Shown here in pieces: positions 54,076 to 64,000 of a stretch of DNA of 64,000 nt (the stretch's first letter is position 1; each line of letters begins with the position of its first letter). The stretch is taken from assembly GCA_035536815.1 (NCBI GenBank), contig DATLNJ010000082.1:20435-84434 (forward strand), read 5' to 3'. The DNA is from Frankiaceae bacterium (GTDB lineage Bacteria > Actinomycetota > Actinomycetes > BP-191). The notes under the pieces were generated by a model. That model was not told where the DNA came from. It did no database searches and saw only the letters and a program-made list of their open reading frames with translations. The position numbers were made by a program, and so were the translations under genes.

Positions 54076-54557
54076 CGACGACAACCGCGCGCCACGAGAC
54101 CGAGATCGTGGCCGACCCGCACGTCCCGCTCATCCGCATCACCCGCGAGTTCGACGCGCCTCCGGAGAAGGTGTTCCGCGCGCACACGGACCCCGAGCTG
54201 GTCGTGCAGTGGCTCGGCCCGCGTGGCCTGGAGATGCGCGTCGAGCACTTCGACTGCCGCACCGGCGGCTCGTACCGCTACGTCCACTCGCGGGACGGCG
54301 AGGAGTACGCGTTCTTCGGCTCGTTCCACGAGGTACGGCCGGCGGAGACGATCGTGCAGACGTTCACGTTCGAGGGGATGCCGGACGGCGTCGCGCTGGA
54401 GCGCATGACGCTCGAAGCGCTGCCGGACGGCCGCACCCGGCTGGTGGGCACGTCGCTGTGCGACTCGTTCGAGGGGCGCGACGCGTTCCTCGCGAGCGGC
54501 ATGGAGGTCGGCGTCCGCGAGAGCTATGAGCGGCTGGACGAGCTGCTCGCCGGCTGA
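54072..54557 (+). CDS. SRPBCC (AHSA1/START-like) domain protein
   Basis: GTGA overlap with the ArsR gene. RITREFDAPPEKVFRAHTDPELVVQW is typical of this family, and ArsR-SRPBCC pairing is common. Confidence 0.8.
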   Translation: MTTTTARHETEIVADPHVPLIRITREFDAPPEKVFRAHTDPELVVQWLGPRGLEMRVEHFDCRTGGSYRYVHSRDGEEYAFFGSFHEVRPAETIVQTFTFEGMPDGVALERMTLEALPDGRTRLVGTSLCDSFEGRDAFLASGMEVGVRESYERLDELLAG

Positions 54558-54614
54558 CGTCGCGCGAATCCGGGGAGACGGCGCGCCGGTCGCGCACCTA
54601 CGCTGAACGGCGCC

Positions 54615-57600
54615 ATGTCCAGCCCCCCGAGCACCCCCGCGCTGCTCGAACGACTTCCGGGGCTGACGCTGCGCGACGAGCACCGGCTGCGCCGGCGGGT
54701 GCTGGCCGGCCGCGAGCCGTTGGAGAAGCTGGCCGCCGAGATCGAACGCGCCGAGCAACGGCTGGCGCGCCGGCTCGCGGCCCGGCCTGCGATCACGTAC
54801 CCGGCCGACCTGCCGGTGAGCCAGGCGCGCGACGAGATCGCGAGCGCCATCGCCAACCACCAGGTCGTGGTGGTCGCCGGCGAGACCGGGTCAGGCAAGA
54901 CGACGCAGCTGCCGAAGATCTGCCTGGAGCTCGGCCGCGGCGTGCGCGGCGCGATCGGCCACACCCAGCCGCGCCGGCTCGCCGCGCGGACGGTGGCCGA
55001 CCGCATCGCCGAGGAGCTCGGTACGGAGCTCGGCGCCGCGGTCGGGTTCAAGGTGCGCTTCACCGACCGGTCGAGCGACGACACGCTGGTGAAGCTCATG
55101 ACCGACGGCATGCTGCTCGCCGAGGTCCAGAACGACCGCGAGCTCTGGCAGTACGACACGCTGATCGTGGACGAGGCGCACGAGCGCAGCCTGAACATCG
55201 ACTTCCTGCTCGGTTACCTCAAACGGCTGCTGCCGCGCCGGCCGGACCTGAAGCTCGTCATCACCAGTGCGACGATCGAGACCGAACGCTTCTCGAAGCA
55301 CTTCGGCGACGCACCGGTCATCACGGTGAGCGGGCGGACGTACCCGGTCGAGGTGCGGTACCGGCCGCCGGACGAGGACGCTCGGGACCCGGTGCAGGCG
55401 GTGGTCGACGCGGTGCTGGAGCTGCAGGCGGAACGCCCCGGCGACGTCCTCGTCTTCCTGTCCGGCGAGCGGGAGATCCGCGACACGGCGGACGCGTTGC
55501 GGCGGCTCGACCTGCGCGACACGGAGGTGCTGCCGCTCTACGCGCGGCTGACCCACGCCGAGCAGCACCGCGTGTTCGAGAGCTCGGGGGGCAGGCGTCG
55601 CATCGTGCTTGCGACCAACGTCGCCGAGACGTCGTTGACCGTCCCCGGCATCCGCTACGTCGTCGACCCCGGCGCTGCGCGCATCTCCCGCTACAGCACC
55701 CGGCTGAAGGTGCAACGGCTGCCGATCGAGCCGGTCAGCCAGGCGTCGGCGAACCAGCGCAAGGGCCGGTGCGGTCGCGTGGCCGAGGGCATCTGCGTCC
55801 GGCTCTACTCGGAGGAGCACTTCGCGGCGCGGCCGGAGTACACGGACCCGGAGATCCAGCGCACCAACCTCGCCAGCGTCGTCCTGCAGATGACCGCGCT
55901 GGGGCTCGGGCAGGTCGAGGACTTCCCGTTCGTGGACCCGCCGGACCCGCGGGCGGTCCGCGACGGCGTGGCGCTGCTGCACGAGCTGGGCGCGATCGAG
56001 CAGGCGCGTGGCACGCCGCGGCTGACCCGGCTCGGCCGGCGGCTCGCTGCGCTGCCGCTCGACCCGCGGTTCGGCCGGATGGTGCTGGAGGCGGGGGAGC
56101 AGGGCTGCCTGCGCGAGGTGCTGGTCATCGCCGCGGCGCTCACCGTGCAGGACCCGCGCGAACGCCCCGCCGACAAGCAGCAGCAGGCCGACGAGAAGCA
56201 CGCGCGGTTCACCGACCCGACCTCGGACTTCCTGTCGTACCTGAACCTCTGGAACCACCTGCAGGAGCAGCAGGAGGCGCTGTCGTCGAGCGCGTTCCGG
56301 CGGCTGTGCAAGACGGAGTTCCTGCACTACCTGCGGGTGCGCGAGTGGCAGGACCTGCACGGCCAGCTCGCGCGGATCGTCAAGGACCTGGGCCTGGACG
56401 CCAACGACGCCACCGCCGACCCCAAGAACGTGCACGCCGCGCTGCTGGCCGGGCTGCTGTCGCACATCGGGCTGAAGGAGGGCGACCGCAACGAGTTCCT
56501 CGGCGCGCGCGGCGCGAAGTTCGCGATCTTCCCCGGCAGCGCGCTGTTCAAGAAGCCGCCGCGCTGGGTGGTCGCGGCCGAGCTGGTCGAGACGTCCCGG
56601 CTGTGGGGCCGCATCTGCGCGCGCATCGAGCCGGAGTGGGTCGAGCCGCTGGCGCAGCACCTCGTGGTGCGCACGTACAGCGAGCCGGCCTGGTCGCGCA
56701 AGCGCGGCGCCGTCGTCGCCGTCGAGCGGGTGACGCTGTACGGCATCCCGCTGGTCGTCGGCCGCAAGGTCGACTACGGCCGCATCGACCCCGCCGTCTC
56801 GCGCGAGCTGTTTCTCCGCGGTGCGCTGGTGGAGGGCGACTGGGAAACGCACCACGCGTTCTACGCCGCCAACCGCGCGCTGGTCGCCGACGTCGAGGGG
56901 CTGGAGGACCGCGCCCGGCGGCGCGACCTGGTCGTGGACGAGCAGGTGCTCCACGACTTCTACGACGCCCGCGTCCCCGCCGACGTGGTGTCCGCGCGCC
57001 ACTTCGACGCGTGGTGGAAGAAGGCACGCCGGCAGACGCCGGACCTGCTCACGCTGCCGCGCGAGCTGGTGCTGCGCGGGCGCGTCGACCTCGCCGACTA
57101 CCCGGGCGAGTGGGTGCAGGGCGACCTGCGGCTGCCGCTGTCGTACCGGTTCGACCCGGGCGACCCGGCCGACGGCGTCCTGGTGGACGTGCCGTTGGCG
57201 GTGCTGCCGCGGGTGGACGGCGACGACCTCGCCTGGCAGGTGCCGGGGCTGCGGCACGACCTCGTGACGGCGTTGCTGAAGTCGCTACCCAAGTCGCTGC
57301 GGGTGTCGTTCGTGCCGGTGCCGGACACCGCCGCGGCGATGCTGGCGCGGGTGGCGCCGCGCGGCGGCCCGCTGGTCGAGGCGCTCGCCGACGAGCTGCG
57401 GCGGATGACCGGCGTCGTGGTGCCGTACGACGCGTGGGACTGGTCGAAGGTGCCGCCGCACCTGCGCGTGACGGTCCGGGTCGTGGACGACGCGGGGCGC
57501 ACGGTCGCGCAGGGCAAGGACCTGGAGGCGTTGCGCGGCAAGGCGCAGCCGGCGGTCCGGCGCGCGCTGTCGTCGGCGGCGAGCGAGGTCGAACGCGGCG

Positions 57601-58403
57601 GGCTGACGTCGTGGGTGGACGTGCCGCGGACGTTCGCCAGCGGCACGGTGCAGGGCTACCCCGCGCTGGTGGACGAGGGCGCGAGCGTCGCGGTGCGGGT
57701 GCTCGCGACCGAGGCGGAGCAGCGTCTCGCGCACCGCGCGGGCGTGCGCCGGCTGCTGCTGCTCTCGCTGCCGAACCCGCTGCGCGCGGTCGCCGGCCGG
57801 CTGCCGAAGCAGACCAAGCTGGCGCTGCCCACGAGCCCGTACCCGACGGTGCAGGCGCTGCTCGACGACTGCGTGAGCGCGGCGCTCGACTCGTTCGTGG
57901 ACGACCTGCCGTGGACGGAGCCGGAGTTCACCGAGCTGCGCGAACGCGTGCGTCCCGAGCTGCCCGACGCGACGTACGAGGTCGTCGTCGCGGCCGCCGA
58001 GGCGCTGGCCGCGTGGCGGCGGGTGACCGGGCAGGACGACCTGCCGGACGACGTACGCCACCAGCTCGACCGGCTGGTGCACCCGGGGTTCGTCGCGGCG
58101 AGCGGGCGGGCCCGGCTGCGCGACCTGCCGCGCTACCTGCGGGCGGTCGAGGTCCGGCTGGAACGCCTCCCGCGCGACCCCGGCCGCGACCGGCTCAACA
58201 CGCAGATCGTGCGCGGCGTGGAGCAGGAGTACGACGACCTGCTCCGCCGGCTGCCACCCGCCCGCCGGTCGGACGAGGCCGTCACGCACGTCCGCTGGAT
58301 GATCGAGGAGCTGCGGGTGCAGCTGTTCGCGCCGACGATGAAGACGGCGTTCCCGGTGTCGGAGAAGCGGGTGCTGCGGGCGCTGGACGACCTGGTCGCG
58401 TAA
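54615..58403 (+). CDS. hrpA: ATP-dependent RNA helicase HrpA (DEAH-box)
   Basis: Motifs GETGSGKTTQLPK, DEAHERS, SATIE and TNVAETSLTVPGIRYVVD, plus QRKGRCGR. The length (~1260 aa) and C-terminal HrpA-specific extension also fit. Confidence 0.95.
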   Translation: MSSPPSTPALLERLPGLTLRDEHRLRRRVLAGREPLEKLAAEIERAEQRLARRLAARPAITYPADLPVSQARDEIASAIANHQVVVVAGETGSGKTTQLPKICLELGRGVRGAIGHTQPRRLAARTVADRIAEELGTELGAAVGFKVRFTDRSSDDTLVKLMTDGMLLAEVQNDRELWQYDTLIVDEAHERSLNIDFLLGYLKRLLPRRPDLKLVITSATIETERFSKHFGDAPVITVSGRTYPVEVRYRPPDEDARDPVQAVVDAVLELQAERPGDVLVFLSGEREIRDTADALRRLDLRDTEVLPLYARLTHAEQHRVFESSGGRRRIVLATNVAETSLTVPGIRYVVDPGAARISRYSTRLKVQRLPIEPVSQASANQRKGRCGRVAEGICVRLYSEEHFAARPEYTDPEIQRTNLASVVLQMTALGLGQVEDFPFVDPPDPRAVRDGVALLHELGAIEQARGTPRLTRLGRRLAALPLDPRFGRMVLEAGEQGCLREVLVIAAALTVQDPRERPADKQQQADEKHARFTDPTSDFLSYLNLWNHLQEQQEALSSSAFRRLCKTEFLHYLRVREWQDLHGQLARIVKDLGLDANDATADPKNVHAALLAGLLSHIGLKEGDRNEFLGARGAKFAIFPGSALFKKPPRWVVAAELVETSRLWGRICARIEPEWVEPLAQHLVVRTYSEPAWSRKRGAVVAVERVTLYGIPLVVGRKVDYGRIDPAVSRELFLRGALVEGDWETHHAFYAANRALVADVEGLEDRARRRDLVVDEQVLHDFYDARVPADVVSARHFDAWWKKARRQTPDLLTLPRELVLRGRVDLADYPGEWVQGDLRLPLSYRFDPGDPADGVLVDVPLAVLPRVDGDDLAWQVPGLRHDLVTALLKSLPKSLRVSFVPVPDTAAAMLARVAPRGGPLVEALADELRRMTGVVVPYDAWDWSKVPPHLRVTVRVVDDAGRTVAQGKDLEALRGKAQPAVRRALSSAASEVERGGLTSWVDVPRTFASGTVQGYPALVDEGASVAVRVLATEAEQRLAHRAGVRRLLLLSLPNPLRAVAGRLPKQTKLALPTSPYPTVQALLDDCVSAALDSFVDDLPWTEPEFTELRERVRPELPDATYEVVVAAAEALAAWRRVTGQDDLPDDVRHQLDRLVHPGFVAASGRARLRDLPRYLRAVEVRLERLPRDPGRDRLNTQIVRGVEQEYDDLLRRLPPARRSDEAVTHVRWMIEELRVQLFAPTMKTAFPVSEKRVLRALDDLVA

Positions 58404-58408
58404 CGGCG

Positions 58409-59104
58409 TTACCGCACCGCGGCGACGACCGCGTCGGCCAGCTCGCGCGGCTTGGTGAACTGCGGCCAGTGGCTGGTCGGGAGGTCCACGTACTCGACGT
58501 CGCGGAGCTTGGCCAGCTCCGCGACGAACGGGTGCTCCTTCTCGATCAGCTCGCGCAGCAGCGAGCTCGGCATCTCGCAGGCGATGACGGTGACCGGCAC
58601 GTCGTAGCGGCGCTCGTCGGAGAGCACCTGCGGGTCGCACGCCACGCCCTTCGGCTGCGGGACCGCCCGCGCGCGGAACGCCGACCGCAGGTCGTCGTCG
58701 AGGTCGCGCAGGCTGTCCTCGTCGAACGTCGACCAGTCCGGCAGCGGGATCTCGTCGCCATCCGCCGGGAGGTTGTCGTTGATGCACTGCCCGTCGCCGA
58801 GCGGTCCGGAGTCGACGTAGACGACGCGCGCGATGCGGTCGGGCCGCGCGTCGGCGACGGCGTGCGCGATCGCGCCGCCGCCGGAGTGCCCGACGAGCAC
58901 GACCGGGCCGGCGCACCCGTCGACCGCGGCGAGGACGGCGTCGACGTGGTCGCGCAGGCCGATGCCGGAGCGGTCCGCGTCGCGGGACTCGAGGCCGGGC
59001 AGCGTCAGCGCGCGCGCCCGGTGGCCGGCGCGTTCCAGCGCGGCGGGGAGGTCGCCCCACGACGACGCGTCCAGCCAGAAGCCAGGGATGAGGATGACGT
59101 CCAT
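58409..59104 (-). CDS. alpha/beta hydrolase
   Basis: MDVILIPGFW and nucleophile elbow VLVGHSGGG. The size is typical. Confidence 0.8.
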   Translation of the reverse strand: MDVILIPGFWLDASSWGDLPAALERAGHRARALTLPGLESRDADRSGIGLRDHVDAVLAAVDGCAGPVVLVGHSGGGAIAHAVADARPDRIARVVYVDSGPLGDGQCINDNLPADGDEIPLPDWSTFDEDSLRDLDDDLRSAFRARAVPQPKGVACDPQVLSDERRYDVPVTVIACEMPSSLLRELIEKEHPFVAELAKLRDVEYVDLPTSHWPQFTKPRELADAVVAAVR

Positions 59105-59177
59105 GAGCCGACCTTAGATGGCCCCGCGCTACGGTGCCGCCAGCCTCCGCGACCGTCGCGGTCGCGAAGGAGGACAC

Positions 59178-59543
59178 ATGGCCGGCAAGGCAGTCATCAG
59201 CCTGAGCACGGGGCTCGAGGACGCGGAGAAGGTCACCGTCGCGTTCCTCGTCGCCGTCGGCGCCGCGGAGACCGGGCGCCCCACGCTGATGTTCCTGGCC
59301 AAGGAGGCCGTGCGGCTCGCCTTCGAGGGCGTCGCCACCGGCGTCGCGTGCGAGGGGTGCCCGCCGCTGGCCGACCTGCTGCGGCGCTTCCAGGACGCCG
59401 GCGGCCAGTACTACGTCTGCCCGATCTGCGTCGACGCGAAGAAGCTCGGCAAGGACGGGCTGATCCCGCATGCCGAGCTCGCAGGGACGATCCCGATGTG
59501 GAACTGGATCGGCGACGAGGGCGCCACGACGTTCAGCTACTAA
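59178..59543 (+). CDS. DsrE/DsrF-like family protein
   Basis: Internal ATG with GAAGGAGG upstream. The sequence pattern is KAVISLSTGLEDAEKVTVAFLVA...YVCPICVDAK. Confidence 0.7.
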   Translation: MAGKAVISLSTGLEDAEKVTVAFLVAVGAAETGRPTLMFLAKEAVRLAFEGVATGVACEGCPPLADLLRRFQDAGGQYYVCPICVDAKKLGKDGLIPHAELAGTIPMWNWIGDEGATTFSY

Positions 59544-59599
59544 ACCCAGGTGCCGCGGCGGCGCCCGGCGTGCAGAATGCGCCGGTGCCCGCCGCGAAG

Positions 59600-60493
59600 A
59601 TGCACGAGAACGAGGTCGAGGTAACCGACGCGCTGGTCCGCCGGCTGCTGGGCGCGCAGTTCCCGCCGTGGGCGGACCGGCCGCTGCGCCGGGTCGAGTC
59701 GTCGGGGACCGACCACGCGCTCTACCGGCTCGGCCCCGACCTCGCGGTGCGGCTGCCGCGCATCCACTCGGCGATCGGCCAGGTCGCCAAGGAGTACGAG
59801 TGGCTGCCGCGGCTCGCGCCGTTCCTGCCGCTGGCGATCCCGGTGCCGGCCGCGAGGGGCGAGCCGGGCGAGGGGTACCCGTTCGCGTGGGCGGTCTACG
59901 GCTGGCTGGGCGGCGAGAACGCCGCCGTCGCGCCGGTCGCCGACCCGCGCGACGCGGCGGTCCGGCTGGGGCGGTTCGTGGCGGCATTGCAGGCGCTCGA
60001 CCTGCCGGGCGGCCCGGCGCCGGGGCGGCACAACTTCTTCCGCGGCGTCCCGCTCGCCGACCGCGACGAGTCGGTGCGCGAGCGCATCGAGGACCTGCGC
60101 GACGACTACGACACCGGCGCGCTGACGGCCGCGTGGGAGGAGTCGCTGGCCGCGCCGGTCTGGGACCGGCCCGGCGTGTGGCTGCACGGCGACCTGCACG
60201 CCACCAACCTGCTGGTCACCGAAGGGACGCTCACCGCGGCGATCGACTGGGGCGGCATGGGCGTCGGCGACCCGGCCTGCGACCTGATGCCGGCGTGGTC
60301 GTTCCTGCCGCCGGAGGCGCGCGCGGCGTTCCGCGCCGAGCTGCGGTACGCCGACGACGCGACCTGGCTGCGTTCGCGCGGGTGGGCGCTGTCGATGGGG
60401 ATCATGGCGCTGCCGTACTACCGGCACACCAACCCGGGGCTCGTGTCGCTGTCCCGCGTCTGCATCGGCGCGGCGCTGGCCGACCTCTGCTGA
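59600..60493 (+). CDS. aminoglycoside/protein-kinase-like phosphotransferase (APH family)
   Basis: This is the tail of the spurious 1574-aa ORF. The catalytic loop is WLHGDLHATNLLV and the DFG-like block is AAIDWGGMGVGDPACDL. The start is ATG 59600 or GTG 59585. Confidence 0.8.
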   Translation: MHENEVEVTDALVRRLLGAQFPPWADRPLRRVESSGTDHALYRLGPDLAVRLPRIHSAIGQVAKEYEWLPRLAPFLPLAIPVPAARGEPGEGYPFAWAVYGWLGGENAAVAPVADPRDAAVRLGRFVAALQALDLPGGPAPGRHNFFRGVPLADRDESVRERIEDLRDDYDTGALTAAWEESLAAPVWDRPGVWLHGDLHATNLLVTEGTLTAAIDWGGMGVGDPACDLMPAWSFLPPEARAAFRAELRYADDATWLRSRGWALSMGIMALPYYRHTNPGLVSLSRVCIGAALADLC

Positions 60494-60553
60494 CGGACGC
60501 GAAGAAGGGGCCGGCCCGCGAACGCGGCCGACCCCTCCCCGAAGACGAACGAG

Positions 60554-62179
60554 CTAGAAGACGTCCGGGCGCTGCGCCGGCTTGTCGACGACCGGCAGGA
60601 AGATCTCCGTGCCGCCGATGCCGGTGTAGACGGTGACCTGCGCGCCGGCCGCGAACGTCGGCACCTTGTCCGGGTGCGCCGACGCGACGACCAGGCGGAC
60701 CTTGTGGCCCTTCGGCAGCCGGTGCGCCTGCGCCATGCCGGTGAGCTTCAACGTCATGACCTCGCCGGGGACGACCACCTCGGGGTTGTAGACGCCCTTG
60801 CGCAGCTCCGGCTGGATCGCCCACGTCGCCTGCGCCATGGCCTCTTGCGAACCCGACGGGTCGACGTCGTACAGCGTGGCGTTGAGGTGGATGCGCTCGC
60901 CGAGGATCGACGTCACGAGGTTGATCTTCGGCAGGCCCACGACCAGCGTGTCCTTCGACAGCGCCGGGCTGGTGAAGACGACCGAGCTGTTCGGCGAGCC
61001 GACGCTCGGGTTGGCGATGTACGACACCTCGCCGCGCTCGGACCGGTCGTTGCCGAGCTTGCCGCCCTGCAGCGCGCGGAACGACAGCGTCCGGCTCGGC
61101 TTCGGCGGCCACACCGACGGCGTGTAGACCTTCTCGTCGTTGAGGAACACCTCGACCCGCGGGCCGGTCTGCACCTTGCGCTGCTGGAGGTGCTTGTCGA
61201 ACCACGCGTGCAGCGCCTTGGTCCACTGCTCGTCGCGGTTGCCGCCCGGGTCGTGACCCCACTGGCCGATCCACGCCTTGTCGCCGGAGCGGCGGCGGGC
61301 GTGGAACCAGTCGAGGGCGGCGACGCGCGCGGCGCCGTCGAAGATGCCGTGGACCGCGAACATCGGGATCTTGCTCTTGGTCGCGCCGGTGCGGAAGTCG
61401 CGCTCGCGGTGCCAGTCGGTGCCGGCGCCGCTGAAGTACGCCTCGCCGGTCACGCCCGCCGACTGGGTCATGCCGCAGCCCGCGTAGGTGAGGTTCTGGC
61501 CGAAGCTGTCCTCGGCGAAGCGCTCGATGGCGAGCTGCTCGTACGCCACCAGCGGGCCCACCCACTGGAGGTTGTACGGCACGCCGTGCTGGAACTCGTG
61601 GTGGTACATCCACGCGAGCCCGGCGCTCGGCACGATCGTCTTGAGGTGCGGCGGGTTCTGCGCGGCGGCCATCTGCGGCGTGGACCCGACGTAGCTGTGG
61701 CCGGTCATGCCGACCCGCCCGTTCGACCACTTCTGCTTGGCCGCCCACTCGACGATCTCGTAGGCGTCCTTCTGGTCCTTCTTGCCCATGTGGTCGAGGC
61801 AGCCCCCGGACTTGCCGGTGCCGCGCAGGTCCACGAACACCATGGCGTAGCCGCGCGGCGGGAAGTACCCGGCCATGCCGCCCTCGGGCTCGGGGAGGAT
61901 GCGGGTGCCGTTCCGGTCGGCGGCGGTGCCGTGGTACGGCGACAGCTCCAGGATCGTCGCGAACCGGCCGGACGCCTTGGGCCGGACGACCTCGACGTAG
62001 AGCTCCACGCCGTCGCTCATCTTCACCCGCATCGTGTCGCGGCGGGTGTCGTATCTCGCCTGCGAGAGGCCCTTGACCTTGGTGTAGTCGAACGACTTGG
62101 CGGTCGCGGCGGTGCCAGGGGCGTGCAGCCCCGCCAGCACGAGGGCGGCACCGAGGAAGACGGCGAATCGGGTACGCAT
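60554..62179 (-). CDS. secreted CocE/NonD-family hydrolase (X-Pro dipeptidyl-peptidase S15-like)
   Basis: It has a signal peptide. Blocks are SPYHG, FVDLRGTGKSGG and the nucleophile elbow GMTGHSYVG. The C-terminal beta-sandwich region is present. Confidence 0.8.
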   Translation of the reverse strand: MRTRFAVFLGAALVLAGLHAPGTAATAKSFDYTKVKGLSQARYDTRRDTMRVKMSDGVELYVEVVRPKASGRFATILELSPYHGTAADRNGTRILPEPEGGMAGYFPPRGYAMVFVDLRGTGKSGGCLDHMGKKDQKDAYEIVEWAAKQKWSNGRVGMTGHSYVGSTPQMAAAQNPPHLKTIVPSAGLAWMYHHEFQHGVPYNLQWVGPLVAYEQLAIERFAEDSFGQNLTYAGCGMTQSAGVTGEAYFSGAGTDWHRERDFRTGATKSKIPMFAVHGIFDGAARVAALDWFHARRRSGDKAWIGQWGHDPGGNRDEQWTKALHAWFDKHLQQRKVQTGPRVEVFLNDEKVYTPSVWPPKPSRTLSFRALQGGKLGNDRSERGEVSYIANPSVGSPNSSVVFTSPALSKDTLVVGLPKINLVTSILGERIHLNATLYDVDPSGSQEAMAQATWAIQPELRKGVYNPEVVVPGEVMTLKLTGMAQAHRLPKGHKVRLVVASAHPDKVPTFAAGAQVTVYTGIGGTEIFLPVVDKPAQRPDVF

Positions 62180-62353
62180 GCCGCTTCACTTCGCCGGAGC
62201 GCCCCGGCGATCCTCCCGCGGCCGCCCGCGGCGGAGGTGACTTTCTGGTCTCGGCCGGCCTGCCCGGGGACCGCGCGCCCCTCAACTTCCAGTGCGGGGG
62301 CATACCTCTCGTGCTCGGCGACACCGGAAGTTGGCTGAGCGCCCGCGAAGGGG

Positions 62354-62719
62354 CTACTCGCGCGGCTCGCCGCGGTTCGGCGCCTCCTTCTCGGCGTCGC
62401 GGATCTCGCGGGTGAGGAAGAAGTTCAGCGCGGTCCGGATCGCGGCGACCGCGGCCAGCTCGGCGATCTGCCGCAACGTCGGCGCGATCGCCGTCCGCAG
62501 CACGTCGGACGCGAGCTGGAAGTCGAGGCCGAGGAGCAGGAAGTGGCCGAGGTCGGCGCGGACCTCGGCGAACGTCGCCCCGAGCCGTTCGCGCAGCCCG
62601 ACGCTGACGAACCGGACGAACGCGATCGCGGTGCCGACGAACACCACGATCGCCCCGGCCGCCTCCACGAAGTGGACGAGGTGTAGGACCCACTCCTTGA
62701 GAGTGTGTTCGTCGAGCAT
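62354..62719 (-). CDS. DUF1622-like small membrane protein
   Basis: Two to three TM helices. FLLLGLDFQLASDVLRT matches the DUF1622 pattern. Its start directly abuts the ADH stop. Confidence 0.65.
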   Translation of the reverse strand: MLDEHTLKEWVLHLVHFVEAAGAIVVFVGTAIAFVRFVSVGLRERLGATFAEVRADLGHFLLLGLDFQLASDVLRTAIAPTLRQIAELAAVAAIRTALNFFLTREIRDAEKEAPNRGEPRE

Positions 62720-63889
62720 CTACGGCGTCAGCACGATCTTGTTGCACTCGTCCTGCTTGTCGCGGAAGATCCGGTACCCCTTCGGGGCGTCCGCGAGGCG
62801 CATGCGGTGCGTGATGACGTTCGTCGGGTCGATGGCGCCGCTGCGGACGTGCTCCAGCAGCGGTCGCAGGTAGCGGTGCACGTGGCACTGGCCGGTCTTG
62901 ATGGTGATGGACCTGTTCATCACCGAGCCGATCGGGAACTTGTCCATGAAGCCACCGTAGACGCCGACGACCGACACGGTGCCGGCGTTGCGGACCGACA
63001 GGATCGCCTCGCGCAGCGCGTGCGGGCGCTCGGTCTCCTGGCGCAGCGCCTGCTTCGTACGGTCGTACGCCTGGATGGCGGGGATGGCGCTGTGCGCCTC
63101 CATGCCGACCGCGTCGATGCACGCGTCCGGGCCGCGACCGCCGGTCATGTCGCGCAGCGCTTCGAGGATGTCCACGTCCTCGTAGTTCAGCGTCTCGGCG
63201 CCGTACTTGCGGGCGATCGCGAGGCGGTACTCGAACCGGTCGATGGCGACGACGCGGTCGGCGCCGAGCAGGTACGCGCTCGCCACGGCGAACTGCCCGA
63301 CCGGCCCCGCGCCCCAGACCGCGACGGTGTCGCCGGGCTTGATGTCGCACATCTCGGCGCCCATCCAGCCGGTCGGCAGGATGTCGGTCAGGAACAGCAC
63401 CTGCTCGTCGGTGAGGTCGTCCTCGATCTTCAACGGCCCCACGTCGGCGAATGGCACGCGGACGTACTCCGCCTGCCCGCCGGCGAAGCCGCCGGTCAGG
63501 TGCGAGTAGCCGAAGATGCCGGCGGTCGCGTGGCCCTGCAGCTTCTCGGCGAGGGCGGCGTTCGGGTTGGAGTTCTCGCAGAGCGAGAAGAGCTGGCGCT
63601 CGCACGCGTTGCAGGCGCCGCAGGCGATCGGGAACGGCACCACGACGCGGTCGCCGACCTTGAGGTTCCTCACCTCCGGCCCGACCTCGACGACCTCGCC
63701 CATGAACTCGTGGCCGAGGATGTCGCCCTTGCGCATCGCGGGCAGGTAACCGTCGTAGAGGTGCAGGTCCGAGCCGCAGATCGCGGTGGAGGTCACCTGC
63801 ACGATGGCGTCGCGCGGGCTGAGGATCGCCGGGTCGGGGACCTTCTCGACGGAGACCTCGGTGATCCCCATCCAGCAGAGTGCCTTCAT
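62720..63889 (-). CDS. zinc-dependent alcohol/formaldehyde dehydrogenase (MDR family)
   Basis: The zinc site is [10 protein letters not shown]...[12 protein letters not shown], with structural-zinc cysteines CGACNACE and Rossmann motif VWGAGPVG. Confidence 0.9.
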   Translation of the reverse strand: MKALCWMGITEVSVEKVPDPAILSPRDAIVQVTSTAICGSDLHLYDGYLPAMRKGDILGHEFMGEVVEVGPEVRNLKVGDRVVVPFPIACGACNACERQLFSLCENSNPNAALAEKLQGHATAGIFGYSHLTGGFAGGQAEYVRVPFADVGPLKIEDDLTDEQVLFLTDILPTGWMGAEMCDIKPGDTVAVWGAGPVGQFAVASAYLLGADRVVAIDRFEYRLAIARKYGAETLNYEDVDILEALRDMTGGRGPDACIDAVGMEAHSAIPAIQAYDRTKQALRQETERPHALREAILSVRNAGTVSVVGVYGGFMDKFPIGSVMNRSITIKTGQCHVHRYLRPLLEHVRSGAIDPTNVITHRMRLADAPKGYRIFRDKQDECNKIVLTP

Positions 63890-64000
63890 CGGGCGCTCCC
63901 GACGGTCTCCGGGCGGGCCGGGCGCTGCGCGAGCGTGCGGCGGGCCTTGATCCCGTCGGGGGTGCCGTCGGACACGACGACGTCGCCGGTCTCCAGCACC
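63886..64000 (-). CDS. 3' end of an unidentified upstream gene (5' part beyond the window)
   Basis: An open frame on the minus strand (..[37 protein letters not shown]) has a TGA that overlaps the ADH ATG (ATGA). It is too short to classify. Confidence 0.3.
   Translation of the reverse strand, partial: VLETGDVVVSDGTPDGIKARRTLAQRPARPETVGSAR

Noticed and set aside
55769-60493. 1574-aa plus-strand ORF spanning hrpA, the alpha/beta hydrolase, the DsrE-like gene and the APH gene
   Set aside because: Its translation is Arg/Gly/Ala/Pro-rich junk for most of its length and runs out of frame through hrpA. Only its last ~297 aa (59600-60493) form a recognisable APH-family protein. This is a typical high-GC open-frame artefact.
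60402-63605. 1067-aa minus-strand ORF, plus similar giants 57285..59987, 54891..57257, 48822..49994, 42652..44166 and 31177..32508
   Set aside because: All have extreme Arg/Pro/Ala/Gly composition and no motifs. Each lies antisense or out of frame to genes with clear family signatures (CocE/NonD, ADH, HrpA, VirB4, histidine kinase).

Overview
High-GC chromosomal window with actinobacterial-type codon usage (G+C judged by eye, not computed). Many long ORFs in the supplied track are Arg/Pro/Ala-rich out-of-frame artefacts, so gene calls below rest on motifs, start-site context and operon geometry.

Left flank (1-14.4 kb): the 3' part of an RHS/YD-repeat polymorphic toxin with a glycine-zipper C-terminal domain, and a downstream ORF with a BNR/Asp-box motif. 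Ordinary genes follow: TetR, VOC, a GNAT/M20/N-succinylamino-acid-racemase cluster, cyclase, amidase and SGNH hydrolase.

A tRNA-Arg(ACG) at 14381-14453 is the insertion site of a ~34.1-kb integrative conjugative element (ICE, 14412-48554). It is bounded by a perfect 71-bp direct repeat of the tRNA 3' half. The element carries a tyrosine integrase, an excisionase and a type IV secretion/conjugation module: VirB6-like, pilin-like, PrgI-like, VirB4, M23 hydrolase, coupling ATPase and a replication-relaxation protein.

The ICE cargo is the interesting part:
- An uncharacterised four-gene operon ending in a DUF1883-TIR protein.
- A five-gene CBASS type III-like operon (TRIP13-like AAA+, two small HORMA-sized proteins, CD-NTase, S-4TM effector).
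- A large Toprim-like protein paired with an HNH protein.
- A four-gene operon built around a DyP peroxidase with two large unknown proteins, followed by a two-component system.
- An XRE/WhiB regulatory pair.
- An AT-richer membrane-embedded NACHT NTPase.

Two conspicuous non-coding structures sit in the conjugation module: an 11-bp-phased repeat array and a 157-bp compound palindrome.

Right flank (48.6-64 kb) is ordinary: membrane hydrolase, ECF sigma with downstream partner, methyltransferase, DUF899, ArsR/SRPBCC, HrpA helicase, hydrolases, DsrE-like protein, APH-like kinase, CocE/NonD peptidase, DUF1622 and Zn-ADH. I saw no rRNA or CRISPR array. All family names are from reading the translations by eye; no database search was run.
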